In this document: positions 29,638 to 39,861 of the stretch, in pieces
How positions within the stretch are numbered: position 1 is the stretch's first letter
Layout of the letters: the number at the start of each line of letters is the position of its first letter
Assembly (NCBI GenBank): GCA_051532055.1
Contig: JAOPTX010000010.1
Coordinates: 32,001 to 96,000 of the forward strand
Length of the DNA: 64,000 nucleotides
Source of the DNA: Fibrobacterales bacterium
GTDB lineage: Bacteria > Fibrobacterota > Fibrobacteria > Fibrobacterales > JAOPTW01
Reading direction: 5' to 3'
Made by a program: the position numbers and the translations under genes
The notes under the pieces: model-generated
What the model saw: the letters and a program-made list of their open reading frames with translations, nothing else
Databases searched by the model: none
Told to the model about the DNA's origin: nothing

Positions 29638-30747
29638 ATGTCAAAAATTTACGGTGAACCCCATAAAAAAATACTTAAGGTTGGTAATCTTGAGATTTTT
29701 CCTAATGCAATCCTGTCTCCTATGCATGGAGTAACTAATTCTAGTTTTAGAAGAACGGTAAAAGAAGTTTGCGGAGGCGTCTCTGGACTGCTTGTTTCAG
29801 AATTTGTCTCAGTTGAAGGTATTACTCGATTTATTCCTAATACTATAACTCAAATGGCTTTTCACCCAGAAGAGCACCCTTTTTGCATTCAGGTATTTGG
29901 TGCAGATATTGAACGGATGGTCAAGGGTGCCGCAATGGCCCAAGAACATGGTGCTGATATGGTTGAGATAAATGCTGGCTGTCCGGCGCCAAAAGTAGTA
30001 AAGCGTGGTGGGGGTTCAGGCCTTCTTAAAGACCTTGATCACTTGCAAGAAATGCTTCAGAAAATGCGAAAAGAAATTTCAATACCCCTCTCTCTTAAAG
30101 TACGCTTGGGGTGGGATAGCGATACTATAAATGTAGTTGAAACAGCGCAACTTGCTGAGAATGAAAATCTTGACCTTTTCATCATTCATGGTAGGACCCG
30201 TACTCAAGGGTATCGTGGTGAAGCAGATTGGGAAAAAATTGCAGAAGCAAAGCAAGCGGTAAATCATATACCTGTTGTGGGCAATGGTGATGTTAAAACT
30301 GTTGAAGAGTTTATTACTCGACTTAACACTTATGGTGTTGATGGGATTTCTATAGGCCGTGGGGCCATGCACAACCCCTGGATATTTGGGCAAATTGTCG
30401 ATTACTATGAAGGGCGTGAGATACGGGTGCCGACTTATGAAGATCAGAAAAATGTCTTCATGGTTTATAAGAAAAAACTTGAAGAAGCAGGTGTTCCTGA
30501 ATTTGCAATTCTGGGTAAGATGAAACAGATCACTGCTCGCCTTATGAAGAGTATTCCCAACGCCTCAGAGGGACGTATGCTTTTACTTCGTACCGATGAG
30601 CTGGATGGTTTCATGGGGACCCTCGATTCATTTTATTCTGAGCAGGTAGCTAAGTTTGGTGAAGTACCTTTTGATCCAGGCGCTGTAAAAGACCTGAATG
30701 GAAAGGCCCGTAATGAGATACAAGAGGGTGAACACTTTTCAAAGTGA
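29638..30747 (+). CDS. dusB: tRNA-dihydrouridine synthase
   Basis: LSPMHGVT, INAGCPAPKV, KVRLGWD, IHGRTRTQGY, GNGDV, IGRGAMHNPWIF. Confidence 0.85.
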   Translation: MSKIYGEPHKKILKVGNLEIFPNAILSPMHGVTNSSFRRTVKEVCGGVSGLLVSEFVSVEGITRFIPNTITQMAFHPEEHPFCIQVFGADIERMVKGAAMAQEHGADMVEINAGCPAPKVVKRGGGSGLLKDLDHLQEMLQKMRKEISIPLSLKVRLGWDSDTINVVETAQLAENENLDLFIIHGRTRTQGYRGEADWEKIAEAKQAVNHIPVVGNGDVKTVEEFITRLNTYGVDGISIGRGAMHNPWIFGQIVDYYEGREIRVPTYEDQKNVFMVYKKKLEEAGVPEFAILGKMKQITARLMKSIPNASEGRMLLLRTDELDGFMGTLDSFYSEQVAKFGEVPFDPGAVKDLNGKARNEIQEGEHFSK

Positions 30748-30830
30748 CCCCCATTGTAAACATTGTTTAAATAACCCATCACTCTATACTCTCTCCTTTG
30801 CAATTAGGATAATTATCCTATTTTAACTTC

Positions 30831-32114
30831 ATGGCAGATATAAAACGAACTCAATCCCTCAGCGTCGCAAAACATATTGAAAAGTCTCAAAAAAAAGTGA
30901 CGGTTCTATTTACCGATATTGTTGATTCAACAAAATTTTGGGAGAAGGTAGGGGATGTTGAAGCACGAGTACAGGTTGACTTACATAATAGAGTTCTCTT
31001 TAGTGTAATCAAGCAGTACAAGGGTAAAATTCTCAAGACCATCGGTGATGCAATTATGGCTTCGTTTAAAAGTCCTGATAATGCTCTAAAGGCTGCAATT
31101 GGGTGTCAGCAAATTTTGCGCCGTGAGCGAACTGAACACAATAATTTTAACCTGCATATTCGAATTGGTATTCACTCTGGTCGCGCAATCATCGAGGATA
31201 AAGATGTCTTTGGTGATGTAGTTAATGTTGCTGCTCGGGTCGAAGGTGAAGCAGAGAAAGATGAGATTTGTATCTCAAAAAAGACTCAAGAAGTGCTCAA
31301 AAAAGAATTTCCTCTTAAGCGAGGGGGCAGCTTTCTCCCTAAGGGAAAAAAGAAAAAACTCATGCTCTATCAGGTACAATGGGAGAAGTCAGATTCCCTC
31401 ATAGGTGGTGTTCGAGTGATTACCTTTATGCCCTCAAATAAAAATCAACGTATTGCAGTGAGTGTCTCTCTGGTGGTTACACTCATCTGGCTCTACTATC
31501 TCTATAGTACTAGCATACGGTTTTTTCTTGCGGATATAGAGTGGCTTTCAATTATGTTGCTCGACCCTTTTCAAGGGGCGCGAGAATATCCATATCTTGT
31601 TTTCCCATTCCTCGGGGCGGCGCTTATTGGGCTCTACAAATTGGTTAATTATTCACACCTTTCACTCAATCTTTTCCGGGCTCTCAAAGGGGGAATGTAT
31701 GGTGCCGTGGCATACCTCATTGCCACTCTTCTATTCATTGCAAATCCAACAGATATACTGCAGAGCGATCTTATTACTTCAAATCATCTTTTTGTTGAAG
31801 TTTTGGAGCCTGATACTGACATTAAAAGTCGTCCTCGCCTCAGTGCTACTACTCTTAAACGAGTTCATATGGGGGATTTACTTCTTTTGACAGATATTGA
31901 AAAGCGTGGAGTGATAACCTGGAACAAAGTCTTGATAGCGCCAAAGCAGTATGGCTGGGTGCCTCGTGTTGTTCCTGCACGGATGGGGATACCTAAAAAG
32001 CGTTATTCTAAAGCAAATAATTATCGTTACACGACATTTGACCTTTATGCACTTTTGGTAGGAGTACTTGGGTGGGTATTCGGGTGGTTCAGTTTTCGGA
32101 TTAAGCCTGTATAA
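30831..32114 (+). CDS. Class III adenylate cyclase with C-terminal membrane segments and SH3-like domain
   Basis: VLFTDIVDST, KTIGDAIMA, RIGIHSG, DVFGDVVNVAARVE. Several TMs follow, then DIKSRP...WNKV...YGWVP (SH3b-like). Confidence 0.8.
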   Translation: MADIKRTQSLSVAKHIEKSQKKVTVLFTDIVDSTKFWEKVGDVEARVQVDLHNRVLFSVIKQYKGKILKTIGDAIMASFKSPDNALKAAIGCQQILRRERTEHNNFNLHIRIGIHSGRAIIEDKDVFGDVVNVAARVEGEAEKDEICISKKTQEVLKKEFPLKRGGSFLPKGKKKKLMLYQVQWEKSDSLIGGVRVITFMPSNKNQRIAVSVSLVVTLIWLYYLYSTSIRFFLADIEWLSIMLLDPFQGAREYPYLVFPFLGAALIGLYKLVNYSHLSLNLFRALKGGMYGAVAYLIATLLFIANPTDILQSDLITSNHLFVEVLEPDTDIKSRPRLSATTLKRVHMGDLLLLTDIEKRGVITWNKVLIAPKQYGWVPRVVPARMGIPKKRYSKANNYRYTTFDLYALLVGVLGWVFGWFSFRIKPV

Positions 32115-32129
32115 TAATTGACAGTAAGG

Positions 32130-33581
32130 CTAACGGCCTCTCCAAAAGTTTGTAGAAAAGAGCAGTATCACCGTATACATCTCAAGACGCCCTGCGAGCA
32201 TGGCAATAGAAAGAATCCATAGCCCTGCATCTGATATTCCCGCAAAATTACTCACGGGGCCGACACCGGCAAATCCAGGGCCAATATTTCCAACACTTGA
32301 GAGGGCTGCAGAAAGGGAGGTACCCAAATCGAGGCCTGTTGCTGCGAGAAGACCACCTGTTACTATGACCGTCAAAACATAGAGAATGAAAAAACCATTA
32401 ACATTGAGCTGCACATCCTCTTTTACTGGATTACCACCCACCTTGGACTGCATAACAGCTTGAGGGTGGAGGAATTTTCTGAGTTCTGCAATACTTGATT
32501 TGACGAGAATAATAACTCGAATGACCTTTATGCCACCACCGGTCGAGCCCCCACATCCACCAATGAGCATCATGCCAAAAATGAGAAATTGAGTAAAGAA
32601 TGGCCAGATGGAGTAGTCGGCACTCACAAATCCTGTTGTTGTTAAAATTGAGATTACCTGAAAAGCAGAATCTCTTATGTAAATCGCGAAAGGAGTCGTT
32701 GGGTCGGTATAGTAGAGTACGCCTCCAATAGTAAGGGAGGTGAGAGAAAAAATAAAGAAATAAGTTCTAAATTCTATGTCTCTAAAAAGGTATCCAATAT
32801 TACCCGAAATTGCTCGAATGTGTAACGCAAAGTTAGCGCCCGCAAGTAACATAAAAAAGGTGATAATCCAGTGAATAGTACTGCTGTCGTAGGCTGCTAC
32901 GCTGGCGTTTTTAGTAGAGAATCCACCCGTTGCAAGAGTACCAAAGGCGTGACAGGTCGCATCAAACCAGCCCATACCTGCAATGTAGAGAACAATGATC
33001 TGAAGTATAGTGAGTCCTGCATACACATACCAGAGGAGCTTTGCAATGTTTTGCAGCTTCGGTGCTATTTTGTCAGATGTGGGGCCCGTAACTTCTGCTT
33101 TGTAGATGTTGGAGCCAGAGGAGCCAAGGAGAGGCATAATGGCGAGACTCAGAACGATGATCCCCATCCCCCCAAGCCAATGTGTAAAACTGCGCCAAAA
33201 GAGGAGGGAGTGGTCAAGTGCTTCTATGTCATTGAGAACTGAGGCACCGGTGGTGGTAAAGCCAGACATGGTTTCGAATACTGCTTGTGTAAAATTGAGG
33301 GGACTGTAGAAGATAAAAGGGATTGCGCCTATGAGTGAAAAGACAATCCAGCCAAGAGAGACCACCAATATACTATCACGAAAGTTAATTTTGGTTTCTT
33401 TTGGTTTGATTTTGGCAAGGAGTCCACCAAGAATGAGTGAGCCACTAGCAGTATAAAAGAAAATGGCGTAGGTTGCTTCGTTGTAATAAAGTGCTACAAG
33501 ACCGGGTAATATAAGAAAACCTGATAGGAGCACTATCAGGAAACCAAGAATCTTTAAAACACGGAGTCTATTTATTTGCAT
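32130..33581 (-). CDS. trkH: Trk potassium uptake membrane protein
   Basis: FETMSGFTTTGAS, WLGGMGII, ATGGFS, TTTGF, IGGCGGSTGGGIK, GNIGPG, GRLE. Confidence 0.95.
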   Translation of the reverse strand: MQINRLRVLKILGFLIVLLSGFLILPGLVALYYNEATYAIFFYTASGSLILGGLLAKIKPKETKINFRDSILVVSLGWIVFSLIGAIPFIFYSPLNFTQAVFETMSGFTTTGASVLNDIEALDHSLLFWRSFTHWLGGMGIIVLSLAIMPLLGSSGSNIYKAEVTGPTSDKIAPKLQNIAKLLWYVYAGLTILQIIVLYIAGMGWFDATCHAFGTLATGGFSTKNASVAAYDSSTIHWIITFFMLLAGANFALHIRAISGNIGYLFRDIEFRTYFFIFSLTSLTIGGVLYYTDPTTPFAIYIRDSAFQVISILTTTGFVSADYSIWPFFTQFLIFGMMLIGGCGGSTGGGIKVIRVIILVKSSIAELRKFLHPQAVMQSKVGGNPVKEDVQLNVNGFFILYVLTVIVTGGLLAATGLDLGTSLSAALSSVGNIGPGFAGVGPVSNFAGISDAGLWILSIAMLAGRLEMYTVILLFSTNFWRGR

Positions 33582-34546
33582 TACTGAGTTCCCTGAAGGA
33601 AAGATAACAATTTTTGAAAATCTTCTTGCAGGTCGGCAGTAAAGGTGAGGAGTTCATCAGTTCTTGGGTGGTTAAACTGTAGTTTAATCGCCTGAAGAGC
33701 TTGACTTGGCATGAGTGCAAGTGCTTTTTTTGCATCGGCCTTATAGAGTGGGGCAACATTTTTAGACTGTTTTTCACGGCCGTTATACAGCGGATCCCCA
33801 ATGATTGGTATTCCAGTGTAGCGCATGTGTAGGCGTATTTGGTGGGTGCGTCCTGTTTCGAGCTTCACTTCAAGATATGATGCGAACCCATATGTTTCTA
33901 ATGTTTTGTAGTGAGTAACGGCCCTGCGGCCAGTTTGTGATATGGCCATCTGTATTCTAAAGCGCGGGTCACGAGCAATTGGAGCATCTACAGTTCCTTC
34001 AAGATCACGAGGGGCTCCCCATACAAGACAGCGATAGGTTCGTTTAATATCGCGACGTTCTAATTGGGCTGCAAGATTTGCATGAGCCATATCATTTTTT
34101 GCGACAATCATGAGGCCCGAAGTATCTTTGTCAAGCCGGTGAACAATGCCCGGCCGCTCTTCGCCATTGATGGTCGAGAGGGTTTTACAGTGGTGTAACA
34201 CTCCGGCTGCAAGGGTGCCTTTGTAGATGCCATTCCCTGGGTGTACCACCAGTCCTTTAGGTTTATTAATAACCAATAGGTCGTCATCCTCAAATACAAT
34301 ATCAAGATCCATTGGCTCTGGTTCAACTTTCATGGAGGGCTTTTCAAGAAGAAAAGCGACTTCAATAGTGTCGCCATCAGAAAGAGGGTGGTTTTTCTTA
34401 ATACCCTTTCCATTTACAGTAATTGCTGCTTGAGCAATCCATTTGTGGATGTCGGTACGAGAGTAATCAGGGTAAATCTCTTGGAGGTATTTATCGAGAC
34501 GAATTTTACCAGATTCGATCGTAACGGCATGGGTAGTGTTTGACAT
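33581..34546 (-). CDS. rluD: 23S rRNA pseudouridine synthase (RluA/RluD family)
   Basis: S4 domain RLDKYL, NKPKGLVVHP, HRLDKDTSG, LETGRTHQIRLH. Lies downstream of lspA. Confidence 0.9.
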   Translation of the reverse strand: MSNTTHAVTIESGKIRLDKYLQEIYPDYSRTDIHKWIAQAAITVNGKGIKKNHPLSDGDTIEVAFLLEKPSMKVEPEPMDLDIVFEDDDLLVINKPKGLVVHPGNGIYKGTLAAGVLHHCKTLSTINGEERPGIVHRLDKDTSGLMIVAKNDMAHANLAAQLERRDIKRTYRCLVWGAPRDLEGTVDAPIARDPRFRIQMAISQTGRRAVTHYKTLETYGFASYLEVKLETGRTHQIRLHMRYTGIPIIGDPLYNGREKQSKNVAPLYKADAKKALALMPSQALQAIKLQFNHPRTDELLTFTADLQEDFQKLLSFLQGTQ

Positions 34547-34547
34547 A

Positions 34548-35102
34548 TTATTGGTCAGCTTCAGAAGAAGAGTTTGACGGACTATTCTTTTTTTTAGGGT
34601 CAAGGAGCATTGGGCCGAGTATAACAAAAATTACTCCGATACAGACCCAGCTGTCAGCTAGGTTGAATGTTGGCCAGCGATGGATAATAAAATCGGGAAA
34701 ATCCCAATCGATAAAGTCAATAACTTTTTGAATACGAATACGGTCAAACATATTGCCAAAAGCACCTGATAAAATGAGGGCGATACCAAGTTTTGAAGCC
34801 CAGTCCCATTTGGGGAGCTTGCGATAAAAAATGACCATGAGCACAATTGCTATTGTTGAGAGTAGTAAATAGAAAAGGGTTGGTGATAAGAAAGGAAGAA
34901 TTTTCTGTGGCTGCATACTAAACGCGGCCCCAGTGTTATAGGCGAGTCTAAAGCGAAAGAGGTCACCGACAAGACGATATACTTCATTGGTTGGAGTGCC
35001 ATCTTCAAGAGCGAATGCTGCAACAGCCCAGAGCTTGGTTATTTGGTCGAGAATAAAGCCTACTATGACGAGGCCTATATGAAAATTTCGATTTTTATAC
35101 AT
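34548..35102 (-). CDS. lspA: Lipoprotein signal peptidase II
   Basis: DQITK, NTGAAFS, GAFGNMFDR, VIDFI, FNLADS. Confidence 0.95.
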   Translation of the reverse strand: MYKNRNFHIGLVIVGFILDQITKLWAVAAFALEDGTPTNEVYRLVGDLFRFRLAYNTGAAFSMQPQKILPFLSPTLFYLLLSTIAIVLMVIFYRKLPKWDWASKLGIALILSGAFGNMFDRIRIQKVIDFIDWDFPDFIIHRWPTFNLADSWVCIGVIFVILGPMLLDPKKKNSPSNSSSEADQ

Positions 35103-35205
35103 AGTTTCCTACGGTTGAAGTGGGTCAAAAATAGAAAGATATTTGCCCAAAATACACTCTTTTAACCTTAAATACAAGTTTACTCGTGTAAAAGGGGCGT
35201 TAACA

Positions 35206-36324
35206 CTACTTTTTAAGGTTTTCTAAGATTATTGCTTTTTCTTGGATAAATCGATTTTTTATATATCGATTTGAAAAATTTAAAAATGTTGTTTTAAGGA
35301 TGATTTTTTTTACTTGAGGCCGTGTAATTTTAAGCTTAATATTTGGATTAAGGAGGTTTTCGAAATCTTCCGATGCCTTTACGAGCGTTTGAGAAGCCAT
35401 AAAAAGTGGCCAGAGGCAAAAAAGTCGAATTTTGGGTTCAAGACGGGGTAAGAGCATGGTATAGTGAACAGCATCTTCTAAATGAATCAGTGCTTTCATT
35501 ATCATATCACGCATCACATCGAGTGACTGTTCTTTAAAAGCTGGGTCAAGAAGTTGATCTGTTGAAATCGTATGTCTCTGTGCAAGCTCTTGGGGGATAA
35601 AGCAGATGTCTCGGGTCATATCTTCGGCAACATCTTTTATGATATTAGTAAGCTGGAGCCCGAGCCCAAATGAGTTTGCGAGTTGAGTCATTTTTTTGTA
35701 GCGACCTACGGTAATCAGTGGGGAGTAATTTAAGAATAGATCACACAGCATGTATCCCACCGTTCCAGCGACATAATAGCAGTACTCGTCGAGTTCATCC
35801 AGGGTAGCAAGTGACATGAGTTTACCGGCGTCACGATCTTTGAGGCCATAAGTGATCATACCATCGCACATCTCCAAAACCCATTTTGTAATGCCATTTA
35901 TATTTGCATCCGAGAGATTGAGTAGTGAATCGAGTGGCCAGATAGTGAATAGTGAGAGGATTTGGCTGTAGTCTTGGTTGTCCTCTGATTTCCAGCTTTC
36001 AGGAAGGGCATTCGAGAAGACTTCTGCAGCGGCTAGAGCGTAATCACGAGAATGGATGTTTTCAAAAATATCTTTGAAACGATCGAGGTGTTCTTTTTTT
36101 TCGAGGCCATCCATTACAGGGTCGTCTTCTACGGTGTCTGCAATACGGCAAAAAAGGTAGGCCAGGAGGATCGGTTTTCTTAGAGGAAAAGGGAGTACCT
36201 TAATGTTTATAGCAAAAGTACGAGAGACTTTCTCAAGCATAAAGGCCGAAAACTTATAGGGCTCTCTACAGGTTCGAGCAGAAAAATCTACTCCAAATTG
36301 GGTGTACTCATCAATATTAGGCAT
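35206..36324 (-). CDS. Squalene/phytoene synthase family (SQS-like head-to-head prenyltransferase)
   Basis: VSRTFA, YLFCRIADTVEDD, YCYYVAGTVG, GLQLTNIIKDVAED, FCLWPLFMA. Confidence 0.88.
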   Translation of the reverse strand: MPNIDEYTQFGVDFSARTCREPYKFSAFMLEKVSRTFAINIKVLPFPLRKPILLAYLFCRIADTVEDDPVMDGLEKKEHLDRFKDIFENIHSRDYALAAAEVFSNALPESWKSEDNQDYSQILSLFTIWPLDSLLNLSDANINGITKWVLEMCDGMITYGLKDRDAGKLMSLATLDELDEYCYYVAGTVGYMLCDLFLNYSPLITVGRYKKMTQLANSFGLGLQLTNIIKDVAEDMTRDICFIPQELAQRHTISTDQLLDPAFKEQSLDVMRDMIMKALIHLEDAVHYTMLLPRLEPKIRLFCLWPLFMASQTLVKASEDFENLLNPNIKLKITRPQVKKIILKTTFLNFSNRYIKNRFIQEKAIILENLKK

Positions 36325-36498
36325 AGGGCAATAATAGTAAAAAATGGAGCTATAGGTCTGTATTGAAGTGTGTACAGGGCTTTAAATAGAGAAAGTTGCA
36401 TAAGGCTAAAGAAATAGTTCGCTCTGATATGCGAACCTTTCTTATATAGATACAAGTAATATCTATATTTCCAATATTACTCCCAACAGGAAAGACGG

Positions 36499-37848
36499 AT
36501 GCACCCACAAAAAGTATTGATCATATCAAATGAAAAGTATGCGACACCGCATATTCAGTTGATATTGACCTCAATCGAGTGTGATGTTGAAGTGTTGAGA
36601 ACGGTGCAGAGTGGATTACAGCATTTTAATAGTGATCGACCTGACATGACAATTATTGACCTAGATATCGAAGAGAATCAGGGCCTAAAATGTGCTGAAA
36701 AACTTAAAGCATACGACCCAATGCATATTATTCTAGGGTTTACATCACAGCAGAACTTACTCAATAGAAGTCACCGCGCCATCTCTATTCTGCTTTCAAA
36801 ACAAGATATAAGTATGAGTTTTCTTGAGGCCTTCAAAGAGGTGACCCACCTCTTTACCCTCAATCATCGACTAAAAGTAAATCTTCAGAATATTGTAGGT
36901 AAGTCGCCTCTCGCCGATAAGTTGCGGATTCTTATTACCAAAGCGGCTCGGGCAAACGGGAATGTACTGATTTCTGGTGAAAATGGTACAGGGAAAGAGC
37001 TAGTTGCTCGTGCGGTCTCCTCTCTTTCACCCATATATGTGACGGTGAACTGTAGTGCTATTCCTGAGAATCTCTTTGAAAGTGAGCTCTTTGGTCATGT
37101 CAAAGGAGCTTTTACAGGTGCGGCTATGGATAGGACGGGTATGTTTGAGGAGGCTGATGGTGGCGTGCTCTTTTTAGATGAAATTGGCGATCTTCCAATG
37201 GCGATGCAGACGAAATTACTACGAGCTCTTCAAGAGGGTGAGGTGCGACCCATTGGGTCGAATCGAAATATCTCGGTTGACGTACGGGTAATCTGTGCGA
37301 CTAATAAAGACCTACAGAAAGAGATTAAAGAGGGGAATTTCCGTGAGGATCTCTACTATAGACTTAATGTTATTCCCATTTTGGTTGCCCCACTTCGTGA
37401 TAGAATAGAAGACCTCTATACTTTGGTGCCCCATTTTCTTGATAAATATGCATTTGATGAGCATCACATTGCTCAGCTGTCTCCCGAAGCATGGAAGCTT
37501 CTTGAGTCTCATCCATTTATGGGTAATGTACGAGAACTGGAAAACATTGTACATCGAGCAGTTTCGCTCACTGATGCTCTTGAAATATCTGAGTTTGAAA
37601 TTGCACAATACGTAAGCCCTATCTCTAACGAACTCCTCTTCAATCTTGATTATACGGGTCTCAAAGAGTATCTCTATTCACAGGAACGCCGGTACTTTAT
37701 CCAAAAGCTGACGGAGTATAAGGGGCGCGTGAATAAAGCGGCTCAAGCAATCGGCATTAACAGAACCGCTATGCACAACCGCATTACCAAGCTTGAAATT
37801 GACCTAGAGAGTATTCGAGGACTTTTTCGAGAGAACAGTAACGAATAG
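36499..37848 (+). CDS. sigma54-dependent enhancer-binding response regulator (NtrC family)
   Basis: Receiver-like N-terminus, [48 protein letters not shown] and a Fis-type HTH. Confidence 0.93.
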   Translation: MHPQKVLIISNEKYATPHIQLILTSIECDVEVLRTVQSGLQHFNSDRPDMTIIDLDIEENQGLKCAEKLKAYDPMHIILGFTSQQNLLNRSHRAISILLSKQDISMSFLEAFKEVTHLFTLNHRLKVNLQNIVGKSPLADKLRILITKAARANGNVLISGENGTGKELVARAVSSLSPIYVTVNCSAIPENLFESELFGHVKGAFTGAAMDRTGMFEEADGGVLFLDEIGDLPMAMQTKLLRALQEGEVRPIGSNRNISVDVRVICATNKDLQKEIKEGNFREDLYYRLNVIPILVAPLRDRIEDLYTLVPHFLDKYAFDEHHIAQLSPEAWKLLESHPFMGNVRELENIVHRAVSLTDALEISEFEIAQYVSPISNELLFNLDYTGLKEYLYSQERRYFIQKLTEYKGRVNKAAQAIGINRTAMHNRITKLEIDLESIRGLFRENSNE

Positions 37849-38024
37849 CCTATTGCACTCATGGAATGATTAATGGTTTCGCGACTATTTCTAAATCGTC
37901 ATAAACTATTGAGCTTATTTGGGGTATAATGGTTAATAAATGGCGTTCTTGGTGGGAGTTCACCCTTCTGCCTTCATCCTGCGTTATATTTTTCTACATT
38001 TAGCGCCTCAACTACAGAGAGCCT

Positions 38025-39032
38025 ATGTTAATAGATGAAATAAGAATTCAAGTAGAGTCCGGTCACGGTGGTAAAGGAATGTCGAGTTTTCGACGTGAAA
38101 AGTATATTCAATACGGTGGTCCTGATGGTGGCAACGGCGGAAAAGGCGGCGACGTTACTCTCGTGGTTAATGAACAGTTTAATACTCTTCTTGATATTGG
38201 GTATTCGCGGGTATTTAAGGCCGAAGATGGTGTTAATGGGGGAACCGTAAATAAATCAGGCAGAATGGGTAAAGACCGCATTATATATGTACCGCCTGGA
38301 ACTTTGGTAAAAGATCCAGAAGGACGTATTAAAGCAGACCTGACTGAAGCAGGTCAAGAGTATCTTGCCGCCAAAGGTGGACAAGGTGGCCTCGGTAATG
38401 CTTCATTTAAAAGCTCGAAAAACCAAGCGCCCGAAAAAGCGCAACCAGGTCGTCCGGGCGAAGAATATGAGCTTTTTCTTGAGCTAAAAATGATGGCAGA
38501 TGTTGGCCTTGTTGGGTATCCCAATGCAGGTAAATCTTCTCTTGTAAATTGTATCTCAAGTGCTCACCCTAAAGTGGGGGACTATCCTTTTACAACTCTT
38601 GAGCCAATTCTTGGTATTGTTCAAGCGACCGACTATAGTAGTTTTGTTATCGCTGATATTCCGGGTATTATTGATGGTGCATCACAGGGGAAAGGTCTTG
38701 GCCATCAGTTCTTGAAGCATATTGAAAGAACCTATTCACTTCTTTTTGTGATTGATTCAAATGAATCAGATGCATATGAAAAATTTCTCTCTCTTCGTAA
38801 AGAGCTTGAAGAATTTCACCCTAAGCTTGCCGAAAAGCCTTATGTTATAGCTATGAACAAGCGTGACTTGGGTGAAGCCTCTGCACAGCAGAAATTTATA
38901 GATGCTGGTGAAAAATTCATCTACACCTCAGCAGTAGAGAAGAAAGGGCTTATAACTTTGGTACGTGCACTTGATAAACATGTGCGCCCCCATCAGCGAG
39001 ATAACTGGGAAAATGAGAAGGGCAACTGGTAG
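38025..39032 (+). CDS. obgE: GTPase ObgE/CgtA
   Basis: FRREKY..YGGPDGGNGGKGG, GYPNAGKSS, YPFTT, DIPG, NKRD. Confidence 0.97.
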   Translation: MLIDEIRIQVESGHGGKGMSSFRREKYIQYGGPDGGNGGKGGDVTLVVNEQFNTLLDIGYSRVFKAEDGVNGGTVNKSGRMGKDRIIYVPPGTLVKDPEGRIKADLTEAGQEYLAAKGGQGGLGNASFKSSKNQAPEKAQPGRPGEEYELFLELKMMADVGLVGYPNAGKSSLVNCISSAHPKVGDYPFTTLEPILGIVQATDYSSFVIADIPGIIDGASQGKGLGHQFLKHIERTYSLLFVIDSNESDAYEKFLSLRKELEEFHPKLAEKPYVIAMNKRDLGEASAQQKFIDAGEKFIYTSAVEKKGLITLVRALDKHVRPHQRDNWENEKGNW

Positions 39033-39570
39033 CCAGCAGGTTATCATTGGCTCTATCCGGTTTCCGTGATCTCCGTGTTGACTCCCTTCATGAGCCATTA
39101 TTAAGGAAATAGTTTTCCATTATTAATAGGAATCGCACATCTTTTTTTTGGAGTTGAGGCTCTCATGACGCCTGAACTCCACGTTTCAATATTATCTAAG
39201 TGCTTTTAATGAAAGCTCTCCTGAAGTAGTCTCATCATCAAGTCCGACATAACTGTAAAACTATCCGTATAGAGCGGAAGTGTATGACTGAGTCGAGAAG
39301 GGGCATGTGATCCAATGTCTTCAGTATAAATGGTGTCATCTACTATGAGTGGTCGATTTTTGACAGAGCGTCCAATTCGGGGTATTTTATAGGTTTGTTC
39401 TTACTCAACATTGGTTAAGTAATAGGCCCAGAGTTGACTCTCTGCAGTATCTGCAGCGATAATATTAAGTTTATGAGTTTCTGCCTTTATAATGAATATT
39501 GCGGTGATTAACAATAAAGGAATTAGAACGGTAAGTGTATTATAGGTGGGGGGGTAAAAATGTGTTTGCA
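39030..39570 (-). pseudogene. Disrupted gene fragment: TM segment plus NPCBM/NEW2 carbohydrate-binding domain
   Basis: Manual translation across frames gives ...LIPLLLITAIFII...TNVE*EQTYKIPRIGRSVKNRPLIVDDTIYTEDIGSHAPSRL / YVGLDDET / TWSSGVMRA / GDHGN. There is an internal TAA and several frameshifts. Confidence 0.7.
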
Positions 39571-39649
39571 GCTAGTGTAACAAATAAACGCTCACATAAT
39601 GAGGGCGCAATACGGTATTTGTAGAGGGGAGTTGTATCTGAATTGATAC

Positions 39650-39679
39650 AAAAAAAGCCCAGTCATAAGACTAGGCTTT
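39650..39679 (-). terminator. Intrinsic terminator of tRNA-Asn
   Basis: Minus strand AAAGCCTAGTC-ttat-GACTGGGCTTTTTTT. Confidence 0.8.
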
Positions 39680-39685
39680 AAAAAG

Positions 39686-39758
39686 CTGCTCCTCTTGGAC
39701 TCGAACCAAGGACCGAACGATTAACAGTCGTTTGCTCTACCAACTGAGCTAAGGAGCA
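39686..39758 (-). tRNA. tRNA-Asn(GTT), CCA not encoded
   Basis: TGCTCCT TA GCTCAGTTGGTAGAGC A AACGA CTGTTAA TCGTT CGGTC CTTGG TTCGAGT CCAAG AGGAGCA G forms a full cloverleaf with anticodon GTT. Confidence 0.97.
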
Positions 39759-39775
39759 TCATTTTTGGTAGAGCA

Positions 39776-39804
39776 AATATAATTCATAAAAAAGTGGCAG
39801 TCAA
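39776..39804 (-). promoter_or_regulatory. sigma70-type promoter of tRNA-Asn
   Basis: TTGACT-17 nt-TATATT on the minus strand. Confidence 0.7.
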
Positions 39805-39861
39805 TAGTTTTTGTTTTAAAACATATAAAAATGATAAAAAAAAGAGGTGGGCAAATTATTG

